From a virus (Duplodnaviria; Caudoviricetes), in IMG/VR virus record IMGVR_UViG_3300031520_000015, positions 1-31,213 of that record: 31,213 nucleotides of DNA; one strand, given 5' to 3'. This document shows, one piece after another, positions 1 through 8,056 of the stretch. Every line of letters starts with the position of its first letter. The first letter of the stretch is position 1. The notes under the pieces are model-generated. The model was not told where the DNA came from. It was given only the letters and a program-made list of their open reading frames with translations, and searched no databases. A program made the position numbers and the translations under genes.

Positions 1-103
1 ATAGTCCGCGCGCCCATTCCCCTCGTCTGCCCCTCCTCGACCACGACTAACTCCACCCAGCGGACAGCGCCCATTTTACCCCCCCATTTTACCGCCCCAA
101 ACT

Positions 104-155
104 CCTTGCCAAACTAGCGCAAACCTGTTATCTTTAATATAGATGAGGTGAGCGG
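104..155 (+). promoter_or_regulatory. sigma70-type promoter, copy 1 of a 52-bp direct repeat
   Basis: TTGCCA(106-111)-17 bp-TATCTT(129-134) with TGn extended -10; 104-136 identical to 2828-2860. Confidence 0.75.
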
Positions 156-337
156 AAGTGGCTGGAAGGGTGAACGGGATGGGACGGTATGCGGGATTTG
201 TGAGAGATAACGTCAGATGGGCCATTTACGGGCGCGCCGTGGGTACGGCCAACAGGGGCAGGAGCAGGCCGCATAGCAATGACCGCCGCCCAGCGTTCAA
301 CGGGGCGGGGCATGAAAACGACAGGAGACTGAACACG

Positions 338-976
338 ATGAGCACACATGAACCACAAACCGCTACGCAGATGATGACAACGCAGGCGGCAGATGGAACG
401 GTGATCGTGGTACGGGTGGACGACGGGACACCCGCGCCCTCCATGATCCCGCCGCGGTACGTGGGGGACAAGGCGGCGCTGTTGGTGGCGCACGGCGCGC
501 GTGAGGTGTACGCGGCCGCGGGGATGGGCTGGGCGGCGCGGGAGCGCCGCTACCTGTTGTGCTATCGCGACCGGTTTGGCGATGAGCAACAGGGAGCGGT
601 AGCCGACGCGGCCGCGTCCGCGGCTGCTCTGGACCACTCGCGCGACCACGGGGACGTCATTCCCGCGTCCGAGCCGGGGTCGGCGCTGACGCGGGATCAG
701 CTGCGGGAGCGTGAGCGTTTGGACGACCTCCGCACGCGAGCCGAACTGGCGGTTTTGGATGCTCTCCAGGCGGCCCAACCTCTCAGCATCGACGTGCGGG
801 GTGAGTCGTGTCCCATCGTGGACATCCGTTACTGGCGAAGCGGGTCGTCCGTCTTGGTCCATCATGGACCCCTCGACCGTTACCGCTGTCGTGAGTGGGT
901 TGAGATGACCGAGGACGTGGCCCGTGCCATTTTGGAGACGGCCGCCGCGATGCATCGCGGCGGAAGGCGAAAATGA
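338..976 (+). CDS. hypothetical phage protein
   Basis: ORF 158..976; ACAGGAG RBS precedes ATG 338. Confidence 0.7.
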   Translation: MSTHEPQTATQMMTTQAADGTVIVVRVDDGTPAPSMIPPRYVGDKAALLVAHGAREVYAAAGMGWAARERRYLLCYRDRFGDEQQGAVADAAASAAALDHSRDHGDVIPASEPGSALTRDQLRERERLDDLRTRAELAVLDALQAAQPLSIDVRGESCPIVDIRYWRSGSSVLVHHGPLDRYRCREWVEMTEDVARAILETAAAMHRGGRRK

Positions 977-1028
977 TGAGTGAGCGAGACGAAGGCGAAA
1001 ACGATGAGTGAGCGAGACGAAGGCGAAA
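963..1028 (+). repeat. 28-bp tandem duplication (2 copies + 10 bp)
   Basis: gaaggcgaaaa(t/c)gatgagtgagcgagac at 963-990 and 991-1018, then gaaggcgaaa. Confidence 0.9.
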
Positions 1029-1258
1029 CCCTGGCCGGCCAGCGCGCCGAGGAGGATGCCTACCAGACCACCAAAGCGGTCATGGAGGCTCTGCGGCGGG
1101 GTGTGCCTGCCGAGGATATCGAGGCGGCGCTGGCAGGCGTGCCGGCTCCCAAGGGCCGTGAGCTGATCCGCTGCCGCTCCTGTGGGCAGGCGGGATACGC
1201 TGGGAGCTACCCGTTTTCGACCCTCGGCGGAGCTGACTTGTGCGACGATTGCGTGTAA
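1004..1258 (+). CDS. small Zn-ribbon protein
   Basis: CRSCG...YPFST...CDDC four-Cys motif; ATG 1004 in second repeat copy. Confidence 0.7.
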   Translation: MSERDEGETLAGQRAEEDAYQTTKAVMEALRRGVPAEDIEAALAGVPAPKGRELIRCRSCGQAGYAGSYPFSTLGGADLCDDCV

Positions 1259-1328
1259 CGAGAGTGCGCAATAGATCGACCCGCTTGGCAATTGACCGGG
1301 TGGGGCATGGAAAAAACGGAGGATTTGT

Positions 1329-1565
1329 ATGACACACGACGATGCGTCCAGGCTCGCGCGGCAGATTAACGACGAGACTGATGCTGACGCGCGCATGCGG
1401 CCCGCGCGCGGATGGGCGCACGAGGACGGGCCGTGGCTCATCCACACCAGCCGCACTGTTCAGAGCGGCTACAACGGTCGTCCCGACACGTCGGCGGTGA
1501 CGGGTGACCTGCACAACGAGGCGCAGGTGACGATGTTCCTAGCGGCGCGCCGGACAACCGGCTAG
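1329..1565 (+). CDS. hypothetical protein
   Basis: GGAGG RBS, 78 aa, operon position. Confidence 0.65.
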   Translation: MTHDDASRLARQINDETDADARMRPARGWAHEDGPWLIHTSRTVQSGYNGRPDTSAVTGDLHNEAQVTMFLAARRTTG

Positions 1566-1573
1566 ACACGCTA

Positions 1574-1810
1574 ATGGAACCGTTGACACCGCGTCGCCGC
1601 CTCATCGAGTCCATGTTCGGCATCCTCGGCAGTGAGGAGCTGAGCATGGACACCGACGAGACCTACGCTGTCCTGGTCGAACTGATCGGCCGCCTGGACG
1701 GCATGGCCTATCGCGGCCACGTGGACCCGCGCCGTCGGCGGGAGACGGGGCGCGCGTTGCGCGAGGGAAGCGCAAAGATTAACGATGATATGAAAGCGTC
1801 GTGGAGGTGA
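1574..1810 (+). CDS. hypothetical protein
   Basis: 78 aa, tight packing with neighbours. Confidence 0.6.
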   Translation: MEPLTPRRRLIESMFGILGSEELSMDTDETYAVLVELIGRLDGMAYRGHVDPRRRRETGRALREGSAKINDDMKASWR

Positions 1811-1813
1811 CAC

Positions 1814-2092
1814 GTGACGGCACAACACGGCATTGACGCGGTGGACCGCATCGCCTGGATCATCGCCGACGCCATGTGTGGCGGATGGACGTATGACCAG
1901 GAAACCACGTTTGAGGACGTGGAGCGCATGAACAGCGAGGGGTGGACCGTCGAGTCGGCGTCAGGCGTCCCAGGCGCGTGGATATGGACGGAGGGGCTGC
2001 AGCTCGATCCCGCGACCCTCCGCCGAGCGTACGACCTCGGCGCGCAGCGCGCGGATCAGCGCGCGGCAGGTGGACGCGATGGCCATGACTGA
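1814..2092 (+). CDS. hypothetical protein
   Basis: GGAGGTG RBS before GTG; 92 aa. Confidence 0.65.
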   Translation: MTAQHGIDAVDRIAWIIADAMCGGWTYDQETTFEDVERMNSEGWTVESASGVPGAWIWTEGLQLDPATLRRAYDLGAQRADQRAAGGRDGHD

Positions 2093-2591
2093 CGATCCTG
2101 AACTGGCGCGCCTGGCCCTGGAGTACGTGGACGCCGTGCGCGCCGACGACGCCGTGGCCATGGCGCGCCTCACGGAGGAGGCGCGCGCCCGCCGCCGCGC
2201 ACTGTCGCCGCCGTCACGCGTGGACGCGGACAACAGCGCCTACCGCGTCGATCTGTACGAACGCGACGATGGCGCGCTCGTCATCGTGCGCCCCGGCGTC
2301 AGCCTCGCCTACGCAGTGACCGGCGCGGACGGGGAGTTCGAGATGGAGATCGTCGCCATTCTCAACGGCGACGCCGTGATCTGGGGACAGGTATCTCTGC
2401 CCGCCGCATGGTCCGATCTGACGCACCCGTCGATGCGCCTCATCGCGTCCTACGACGAGCTGAGCGGCGAGGTGACGGTGCAGCGCGACCCCTCATCCGG
2501 TCGGGTCCTGGCCGGCGTCAACGGTCGGCGCTACCTCGGCGCCGCGTGGATCGCGCGTCTGGAAGCCGGCGATGGAGATGGCCATGGATAG
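2085..2591 (+). CDS. hypothetical protein
   Basis: ORF 2070..2591, start overlaps the end of the upstream gene. Confidence 0.65.
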   Translation: MTDDPELARLALEYVDAVRADDAVAMARLTEEARARRRALSPPSRVDADNSAYRVDLYERDDGALVIVRPGVSLAYAVTGADGEFEMEIVAILNGDAVIWGQVSLPAAWSDLTHPSMRLIASYDELSGEVTVQRDPSSGRVLAGVNGRRYLGAAWIARLEAGDGDGHG

Positions 2592-2841
2592 CGCCGATCT
2601 GCTGGCTGATCTGGTCACAACCGCTGAGGCTGCGGCCCTGCTGGGTGTTGTGCCGCAACGCATCCGCCAACTGGTGACGACTGGCCAGTTGGCGGGGGTC
2701 AAGCGCGGTCACACCTGGCTGTTCACCCGCGCCGCCGTGGAGGCCGTCAGGCCCGCATTGCGCAGGCGCGGGGAGCGCGGCACGGATCGGGCGCCGCGCA
2801 AAAAGCGGGCAAAGAAGATACCACGCCCCTTGCCAAACTAG
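2584..2841 (+). CDS. excisionase-like (HTH_17/MerR-type) DNA-binding protein
   Basis: LVTTAEAAALLGVVPQRIRQLVTTGQLAGVKRGHTWLF, basic tail; stop lies within promoter repeat copy 2. Confidence 0.85.
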   Translation: MDSADLLADLVTTAEAAALLGVVPQRIRQLVTTGQLAGVKRGHTWLFTRAAVEAVRPALRRRGERGTDRAPRKKRAKKIPRPLPN

Positions 2842-2879
2842 CGCAAACCTGTTATCTTTAGTGTAGATGGGGTGAGCGG
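2828..2879 (+). promoter_or_regulatory. sigma70-type promoter, copy 2 of direct repeat
   Basis: TTGCCA(2830-2835)-17 bp-TATCTT(2853-2858); followed by strong RBS GGAGAGGAGG and ATG 2927. Confidence 0.75.
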
Positions 2880-2926
2880 GACGCGTGGACGGACCGGGCC
2901 ACATCGGGAGAGGAGGGGAGAGAACG

Positions 2927-3223
2927 ATGAGGACGGCGAATCAGAGCACTAGTGTGTGGCGGGGTGACTGCTACAAGGTCGTTCGATCAACACAGACATA
3001 GAGCGGCGACAGCACGCCGACGACCGATTATCGCGTGCAAAACTATCGCGACGGCAATGCCGGCGATGGGTGTTGCTATGATCGCGAGGGAGCTATTGAA
3101 GCGGCGCAACGCGACGAGCGGGCCTGGTCCGCGCTGGGTTTTGTGGGGCAGGGGGAGATGCGACGCATGGAGGAGCGCGATCGCGAGCCGTTCGATCCCG
3201 CCGATTATGACGGAGACACCTAG
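2927..3223 (+). pseudogene. hypothetical protein interrupted by in-frame TAG
   Basis: Strong RBS + ATG 2927; TAG at 2999-3001; same frame continues into ORF 3035..3223. Confidence 0.6.
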
Positions 3224-3323
3224 CATGCCGCGCAAGCCGACTGGGCGTCGGCCTGGTAGGTGTCTCCGTCGGCGCTGATAAGGCGGCACGGAGCGTGTCG
3301 CGGAGGAGATGAGGAGGAGAGAG

Positions 3324-3926
3324 ATGATGACAACCGAAACGACAACCGCGTTTACCGTTAAGCCGGTTGCGTATCAAACGCGCTATGCGTTGAGCCCCAT
3401 CCCGTTTGAGCGGGCGTGGAAGCTCGCGGCAGACCACGGCCATGAGGGGGCATACATCCTCGCGCGTCCGGCCATGGAAGACGACATCTACCCCCTGCCC
3501 GTTCCCGTGCCGCCCGCGCCGCTGCGCGCGTGGACGGATGAATTGATTGCGGCCATGTCCCACGCCGTAACGATGGGGCGAGAGTCATGGTTGGTCGGGA
3601 TTGACGCGCCGACCGTCATCAGTGGTCAGGTGGTCCACGAGACCACGACAGGCCGCTTGACGTGGACCATCGACCCCGATGGCGCGACCGTCATCGGGGT
3701 CAACCGCCCCGGGCGGTGGGGAGTCTTGGCGGGGTTCATCCGCCCCGACGGCACGACAAAGGTCGTCGTGTACAGTCAGGATGACAGTCACGTGCGTCAC
3801 GTCGTGGCGCTCCGTGATGCACCGTCAGCTAGTGTTGGCCATGAGGCCGCGCGGCAGACGACCGCGGCCGTGCTAGCCGCTGCGCTGCCAGATGAGGCGG
3901 CGGACGCCGCGGCGGACGCCAGATAG
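3324..3926 (+). CDS. hypothetical protein
   Basis: GAGGAGG RBS; ORF 3309..3926. Confidence 0.7.
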   Translation: MMTTETTTAFTVKPVAYQTRYALSPIPFERAWKLAADHGHEGAYILARPAMEDDIYPLPVPVPPAPLRAWTDELIAAMSHAVTMGRESWLVGIDAPTVISGQVVHETTTGRLTWTIDPDGATVIGVNRPGRWGVLAGFIRPDGTTKVVVYSQDDSHVRHVVALRDAPSASVGHEAARQTTAAVLAAALPDEAADAAADAR

Positions 3927-3942
3927 GCGCTGGCGGTCTAGC

Positions 3943-4416
3943 GTGCCCGGCCGCTCCCCGTCCTCCATCGTGCGCGTCCAGGCCCCGACCGCCACGCAGC
4001 GGGCGCGCCTCTACCTCGGCAAAGCCTTGTGGCGCGGGATCGGTAGCCCGCGCCACATTAACGTGCTGCTCGACGGCCCGCGGCTCGTGATCCGACCGTG
4101 TGAGCCGGGCACGGGCTACACGGTGGTCGGCGGCGCCACCTCGACCATGCCGCGCGTCAGCCTCGGAGAGGAGGTCCGCGAGTTGCTGGCGCTCGAGGCG
4201 GGCATCTACCAGGCGGCGCTAGCAGCGGGGTGCATCGTGGCGCGCCTGGCTCCTGCGCCCGTGGCCGCGCAATCCGCCACGACGCCCGTTATGCCAGCGT
4301 CGGCGATCCGCGCGGTGCGACTGCCGGTAGAAGCCATCGTGCGCTTGGAACGTCTTGGGGATGGCGACCTGGCCGCGGGTATCTTGGCGCTGCTCACGCG
4401 GCAGCCCGAGGCGTGA
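3943..4416 (+). CDS. hypothetical protein, possible C-terminal ribbon-helix-helix-like segment
   Basis: ORF 3892..4416; AVRLPVEAIVRLERLGDGDLAAGILALL; start uncertain. Confidence 0.55.
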   Translation: MPGRSPSSIVRVQAPTATQRARLYLGKALWRGIGSPRHINVLLDGPRLVIRPCEPGTGYTVVGGATSTMPRVSLGEEVRELLALEAGIYQAALAAGCIVARLAPAPVAAQSATTPVMPASAIRAVRLPVEAIVRLERLGDGDLAAGILALLTRQPEA

Positions 4417-4419
4417 GTC

Positions 4420-4583
4420 TCCAGGCCACTTGACACAGCAGTTCCATGCGCAGGGATTGACCTCTGTCGCCGGCACGGATACCAGAACTCGCCGCAGTCT
4501 TCGCACGCGTAGACGCCGTGCAGTTCCTGGATGCGTCCACCACAGCCACGGCAGCAGTGTGTGGTCAGGGCCGGAATGGACAC
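4420..4583 (-). CDS. small Cys-rich Zn-ribbon protein, possibly frameshifted (3' end uncertain)
   Basis: CRGCGG...YACEDCGEFW at start of ORF 4206..4583. Confidence 0.4.
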
Positions 4584-4609
4584 AGCGCCGCGTTGTGGTG
4601 GTCATCCGT

Positions 4610-5164
4610 CTACTCTCGCGCCGCCGGCAGCAGCCGCGGGCCCGCGCCGTTCCCGCCGGGCAGCAACGCCGGCATCTCCCCACTCGCATAGGCCCGCTTG
4701 ATCTGTGGCGCCAGCCACTCGCTCACCGTCGACGAATCGGGGAGCACGAGCTGGGCGGTACATACCTCGGCCGTCATTGCCGCCGCGGCGGCCGTGTCGC
4801 CGCGGCGGCCGTGTCGCCGGAGATCCCCTCCTCGTCGAGCAGATCGGCTACCTCCTCCAAGCGCGCTTTGATCCGTAGCAACAAGGATCGCCACCGCTGG
4901 CGCTCGTCTTGTTCTCGTGCGGCGCGTCGTATGGCCGGGGGTCGTTTTGCGCCACTTGTAGTTGCCGTTGTTGTGGTCGTCGCGCGCATCGTCCAGGTCG
5001 GGGATGCGCGTCTCGAAGCGGATGTGCCGGGCGTGCAGTTCGAAGGCAAGCACCACGCGGCCGTCGTACTCGCCGCTGAGGATGCCCACGGCCTTGAGCA
5101 ACGCCTTGATCTCTTGCTCGGTCTTGCTGGCTGGGACGGTGGTCGCGGTCGCGTAACGGGTCAT
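4610..5164 (-). pseudogene. conserved-looking phage hypothetical protein with two compensating frameshifts
   Basis: AAGGAG RBS; N- and C-termini (YATATTVP..EIK; VLPDSSTVSEWLAPQI..AY.SGEMPALLP) in one frame, helical core REQDERQRWRSLLLRIKARLEEV in another (ORF 4774..5049). Confidence 0.6.
4781..4819. repeat. 17-bp tandem duplication
   Basis: cgccgcggcggccgtgt at 4781-4797 and 4798-4814, then cgccg. Confidence 0.9.
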
Positions 5165-5218
5165 GGGTGCGGCTCCTTACACACCGGCCCGGGCCGTTTG
5201 GTGGTCCGGGCTCTCGGC

Positions 5219-5272
5219 TATGCCGCGCGGCATACCCTCTCCCCTGTAGGAGAGTCTATATACATATATACT
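5219..5272. promoter_or_regulatory. divergent intergenic region with palindromes (candidate operators)
   Basis: Perfect TATGCCGCGCGGCATA (5219-5234); AT-rich imperfect palindrome AGTCTATATACATATATACT (5253-5272). Confidence 0.4.
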
Positions 5273-5308
5273 AGCGCGTTTCCGACGGACAATTCATAGT
5301 GTAAGGAG

Positions 5309-5659
5309 ATGATTGTCGGGCGCCATCGTAACCGCTCGAAGGAAAGGCCGTCATCAATGGGGACGAGGACACGCCAGAGTGAGTGCGCCCAGGCCGCGCG
5401 TGAGAGAGCGCCTTTGACGTCCACGCAGGTGGACATCGCCCGGCGCCTCGCCGAGGGCCATCTGTACCCCCAAATCGCGGCAGACCTCCAGGTGAGCGTC
5501 GAGTACGTGCGCATCGTGGTGTCTGCGGCCTGCGGCCGCCTGGGACTCGTCGGGGACAGGATGCTGCTCGCTCTGTGGTATCGTGACCACGCCCCGGTCG
5601 GCGATCGTGCGGGTACGGCTGACAACGAACAACCGTTAGCGCGCGTGGAACGACAATGA
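5309..5659 (+). CDS. LuxR-type HTH transcriptional regulator
   Basis: LTSTQVDIARRLAEGHLYPQIAADLQVSVEYVRIVVSAACGRLGL; start may be 5357. Confidence 0.8.
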   Translation: MIVGRHRNRSKERPSSMGTRTRQSECAQAARERAPLTSTQVDIARRLAEGHLYPQIAADLQVSVEYVRIVVSAACGRLGLVGDRMLLALWYRDHAPVGDRAGTADNEQPLARVERQ

Positions 5660-6030
5660 CGGCCGCTTCCCCGTCAGCTACAGGCCGCGCGGGGGGTCCG
5701 ATCGTGATCCCCGAGCGCGCCATCCAATCAGCTGTGATGCAGTATCTGCGTCTCCAGGGTTGGTATGTCTTCCGCCTGAACGCCGGGGCGCTCCCCAATG
5801 AGCGGGGGCGGTCAGTGCGCATGCTCCCCGCTGGCACACCAGACCTACTTGCCATTCGAGATGGTCAGTGCCTGTTTGTCGAGTGCAAGCGGCCGGGTCA
5901 GCGCCCAACCGACCGCCAGCGCGCGATGATGGCGACGCTGGAGGCGTTCGGCGCGCGCTGCGTCGTGGCCACGGGCGTCGAGGACCTGGAGCGTCAATTG
6001 GCGCGTGCTCAGACGGACGCCACGGACTAA
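5656..6030 (+). CDS. VRR-NUC domain nuclease (PD-(D/E)xK)
   Basis: ERAIQ..V.QYL..GW.VFR...GTPDLLAIRDG..LFVECKRPG.RP...Q. Confidence 0.9.
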   Translation: MTAASPSATGRAGGPIVIPERAIQSAVMQYLRLQGWYVFRLNAGALPNERGRSVRMLPAGTPDLLAIRDGQCLFVECKRPGQRPTDRQRAMMATLEAFGARCVVATGVEDLERQLARAQTDATD

Positions 6031-6638
6031 TGGCGAAGAGACGAGATACCGCCGCGCTTCAGGTGAGCGCGGAAAGGCGCGAGGCGGACCGTCTGGCGCT
6101 CAAGGCGGAGATGGAGCGGTGGTACCGTCTCAAGATCGAGCAGGTGGTCCACCCTGACGACGAGCGCAACCGATCGTATCGGACGCCCGGGCACGTCCAG
6201 GAACTGGGGACGGCGCGCGCGGGCTCCGGCAGCGTGTGGGACTGGCTGGCCCCCCACGGCGACCGCGCCATCCGGGGAGAGCGGTTCGTCAAGGCAGCGC
6301 CGATTCATGTGCGGCCGTCGGCCGTCGTCCATCTGGGCGACGCGCCCCGCGATCCTGCGCGCTTTGCCCGCGCCTGCCTGCGCCTACAGCAAAAGGATCA
6401 TGCCCTCAGCATGCTGTTCCATCTGGTGTGTTTTGACAGTCCCTGGAGCGAGGCAGACGTGGCCAGGGCGTGGAACGATGGGACGCCGCGCAATGGCTGG
6501 AGCCGGGCGCGGGTCCAGCAGCGGAAGGTCGAGGCCTGCGCGCTCATCCGCCGGTGGTGTGGCGTTCCTGACGCGGCCGCGCGGGCGGACGCTAGCGCGA
6601 CGCCTGACGGGCCGGAGCATCAAAACATTGACAAGTAG
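6030..6638 (+). CDS. putative late-gene regulator (C-terminal sigma-region-4-like HTH)
   Basis: TAATG coupling to VRR-NUC; WSEADVARAW...SRARVQQRKVEACALIR; lies just upstream of a promoter and the packaging module. Confidence 0.5.
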   Translation: MAKRRDTAALQVSAERREADRLALKAEMERWYRLKIEQVVHPDDERNRSYRTPGHVQELGTARAGSGSVWDWLAPHGDRAIRGERFVKAAPIHVRPSAVVHLGDAPRDPARFARACLRLQQKDHALSMLFHLVCFDSPWSEADVARAWNDGTPRNGWSRARVQQRKVEACALIRRWCGVPDAAARADASATPDGPEHQNIDK

Positions 6639-6660
6639 CCGATTTGACGTATGCTATAGT
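6628..6660 (+). promoter_or_regulatory. candidate late promoter
   Basis: TTGACA(6628-6633)-16 bp-TATGCT; also TG-C-TATAGT (6655-6660) extended -10. Confidence 0.6.
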
Positions 6661-6714
6661 CATCGTCGAGGTGCGCCCACCCAGCCTCACTCCTCCACAA
6701 CACCCCTTTTTAAC

Positions 6715-6757
6715 GGGCCGGCGGACGGTCAAGTCGTCCGCCGGCCCTTGCCTTTCC
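6715..6757 (+). terminator. intrinsic terminator-like hairpin
   Basis: Perfect 13-bp stem GGGCCGGCGGACG/CGTCCGCCGGCCC, 7-nt loop, weak TTGCCTTT tail. Confidence 0.6.
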
Positions 6758-6789
6758 TCCCGATTCCTCATCGTGCATGGAGGTGCGCT

Positions 6790-7044
6790 ATGGCCACCTG
6801 CCCACGAGGCTATTGGCGATCGTCCGCGCCGGCGCGCGTGATCGGCATGGACCACCCCGGCGATGGCCTGGACGGCGTGCTCGTCAATGGGCGTGATCCT
6901 GTTGCCGTGGATCGCGCTCGCGCTCGCGCTCGTTTACAGGAGACGCGCCGACGGGAAAAGCAGGAACGCCAGCGCGAGGCCGCGCGGGATGGGCTTGGTT
7001 CCACAAGCGCCGCCAGGTTTTCCGGGGGCAGCCGTTCATGCTGA
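6790..7044 (+). CDS. hypothetical protein
   Basis: GGAGGTG RBS before ATG 6790. Confidence 0.55.
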   Translation: MATCPRGYWRSSAPARVIGMDHPGDGLDGVLVNGRDPVAVDRARARARLQETRRREKQERQREAARDGLGSTSAARFSGGSRSC

Positions 7045-7277
7045 CGTACGTGACGCCGGTTCATGAGGTGTTGGCGCCGGAGATCGCATTGGCGGCGGCC
7101 GTGGTGCGCCTCACGCTAGACGATTTAGCCTCGCACGACTATCAGCGGTCGGCGGCGCGCGACGTGCGGGCCGGCCGTTTGGAGCCGTGGGTGCTTATGC
7201 TAGAGGCCTATCCGGCGGTTGCTGAGCGGGCGCGCTGTGCGCTCGGCGTGGCGGCTGAGGCGCGAGCGCGGCTCTAA
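7038..7277 (+). CDS. hypothetical protein
   Basis: 79 aa, overlaps upstream stop. Confidence 0.55.
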   Translation: MLTYVTPVHEVLAPEIALAAAVVRLTLDDLASHDYQRSAARDVRAGRLEPWVLMLEAYPAVAERARCALGVAAEARARL

Positions 7278-7278
7278 G

Positions 7279-7413
7279 GCAGCTGACATGGTGGTGACTC
7301 CAGTGGTGACTAGGAGGATGCGCCACCTCCCTCTTTGCCTGCGCGTTCTCGTGTTTGTGTGGCGCTCTGCGCATCCTCCTAGTCACCACTGGAGTCACCA
7401 CCATGTCAGCTGC
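7279..7413. repeat. perfect 45-bp inverted repeat with 45-bp spacer
   Basis: 7279-7323 GCAGCTGACATGGTGGTGACTCCAGTGGTGACTAGGAGGATGCGC is the exact reverse complement of 7369-7413. Confidence 0.95.
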
Positions 7414-8056
7414 GCGCCATGAGAACGCACCGAAGCGGAGTGCGGCTGAAATCGAGGCGCACCGCGCGGCCATTGAGCTGTTGCACCTCAAGCGCCATCT
7501 GACTCAGCAACAGATCGCGGATCGTCTCGGCATCAGTCGCAACATGGTGAAGTACGATCTTGAGGCCATGAAGCAGCAGTGGGAGGCGAAGCGCACCGCG
7601 CTGCGTGATCAGCACATCGCCGAGGAAGTGCGACGCATCGACCTGATGGAGAGCGAGTACTGGGAGGCGTGGGAGCGGTCGCGTGAGGATGCCGTCACCC
7701 TTACCACCGAAACCCTTCTCCGCGAGAAGACCGGCGATCTTGATCCGCCTGACGACGTGGACCGCGAGACCCTTGAGTCTGATGAGATCGAGCAGGCCAT
7801 GAGCGCGGCCAGCAAAACGGTCTTGAAGCAGATCGAGAAGCGCACGGGGCAGGTGGGTGCGCCGGCGTACATGGCCGGGGTCCAGTGGGCCAGTGAGAGT
7901 CGGCGGAAGCTGTTAGGACTGGACGCGCCGACGAAGATCGCGCCGACCTCGCCCGATGGGCAAAGTGTCGCGCCCGTCATATTCAGCCTCCACATCGACC
8001 GGCGTGAGGTGGAGACTGATGGTGACGGCAACGCGCCAGCGGGAGGCGATAGCTAA
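7403..8056 (+). CDS. terS: terminase small subunit (HTH)
   Basis: N-terminal HTH LTQQQIADRLGISRNMVKYDL; C-terminal RRKLLGLDAPTK; upstream of terL; GGAG RBS at 7391. Confidence 0.75.
   Translation: MSAARHENAPKRSAAEIEAHRAAIELLHLKRHLTQQQIADRLGISRNMVKYDLEAMKQQWEAKRTALRDQHIAEEVRRIDLMESEYWEAWERSREDAVTLTTETLLREKTGDLDPPDDVDRETLESDEIEQAMSAASKTVLKQIEKRTGQVGAPAYMAGVQWASESRRKLLGLDAPTKIAPTSPDGQSVAPVIFSLHIDRREVETDGDGNAPAGGDS

Noticed and set aside
70-93. CCCATTTTACC repeated twice
   Set aside because: Too short and at the window edge to interpret.
134-1456. Long minus-strand ORF (440 aa) and similar antisense or alternate-frame ORFs (4355..5299, 14085..14933, 21151..22152, 21824..22744)
   Set aside because: Arg/Pro-rich with no motifs; expected shadows of high-GC genes, unlike 8968..9783 which has clear domain motifs.
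2078-2586. GATGGCCATG at two successive gene junctions
   Set aside because: 10-bp match explained by similar start/stop overlap; no further similarity.
7279-7413. Protelomerase telRL site or MITE
   Set aside because: Arms are separated by a 45-bp non-palindromic spacer, no protelomerase or transposase is in the window, and no target-site duplication is evident.
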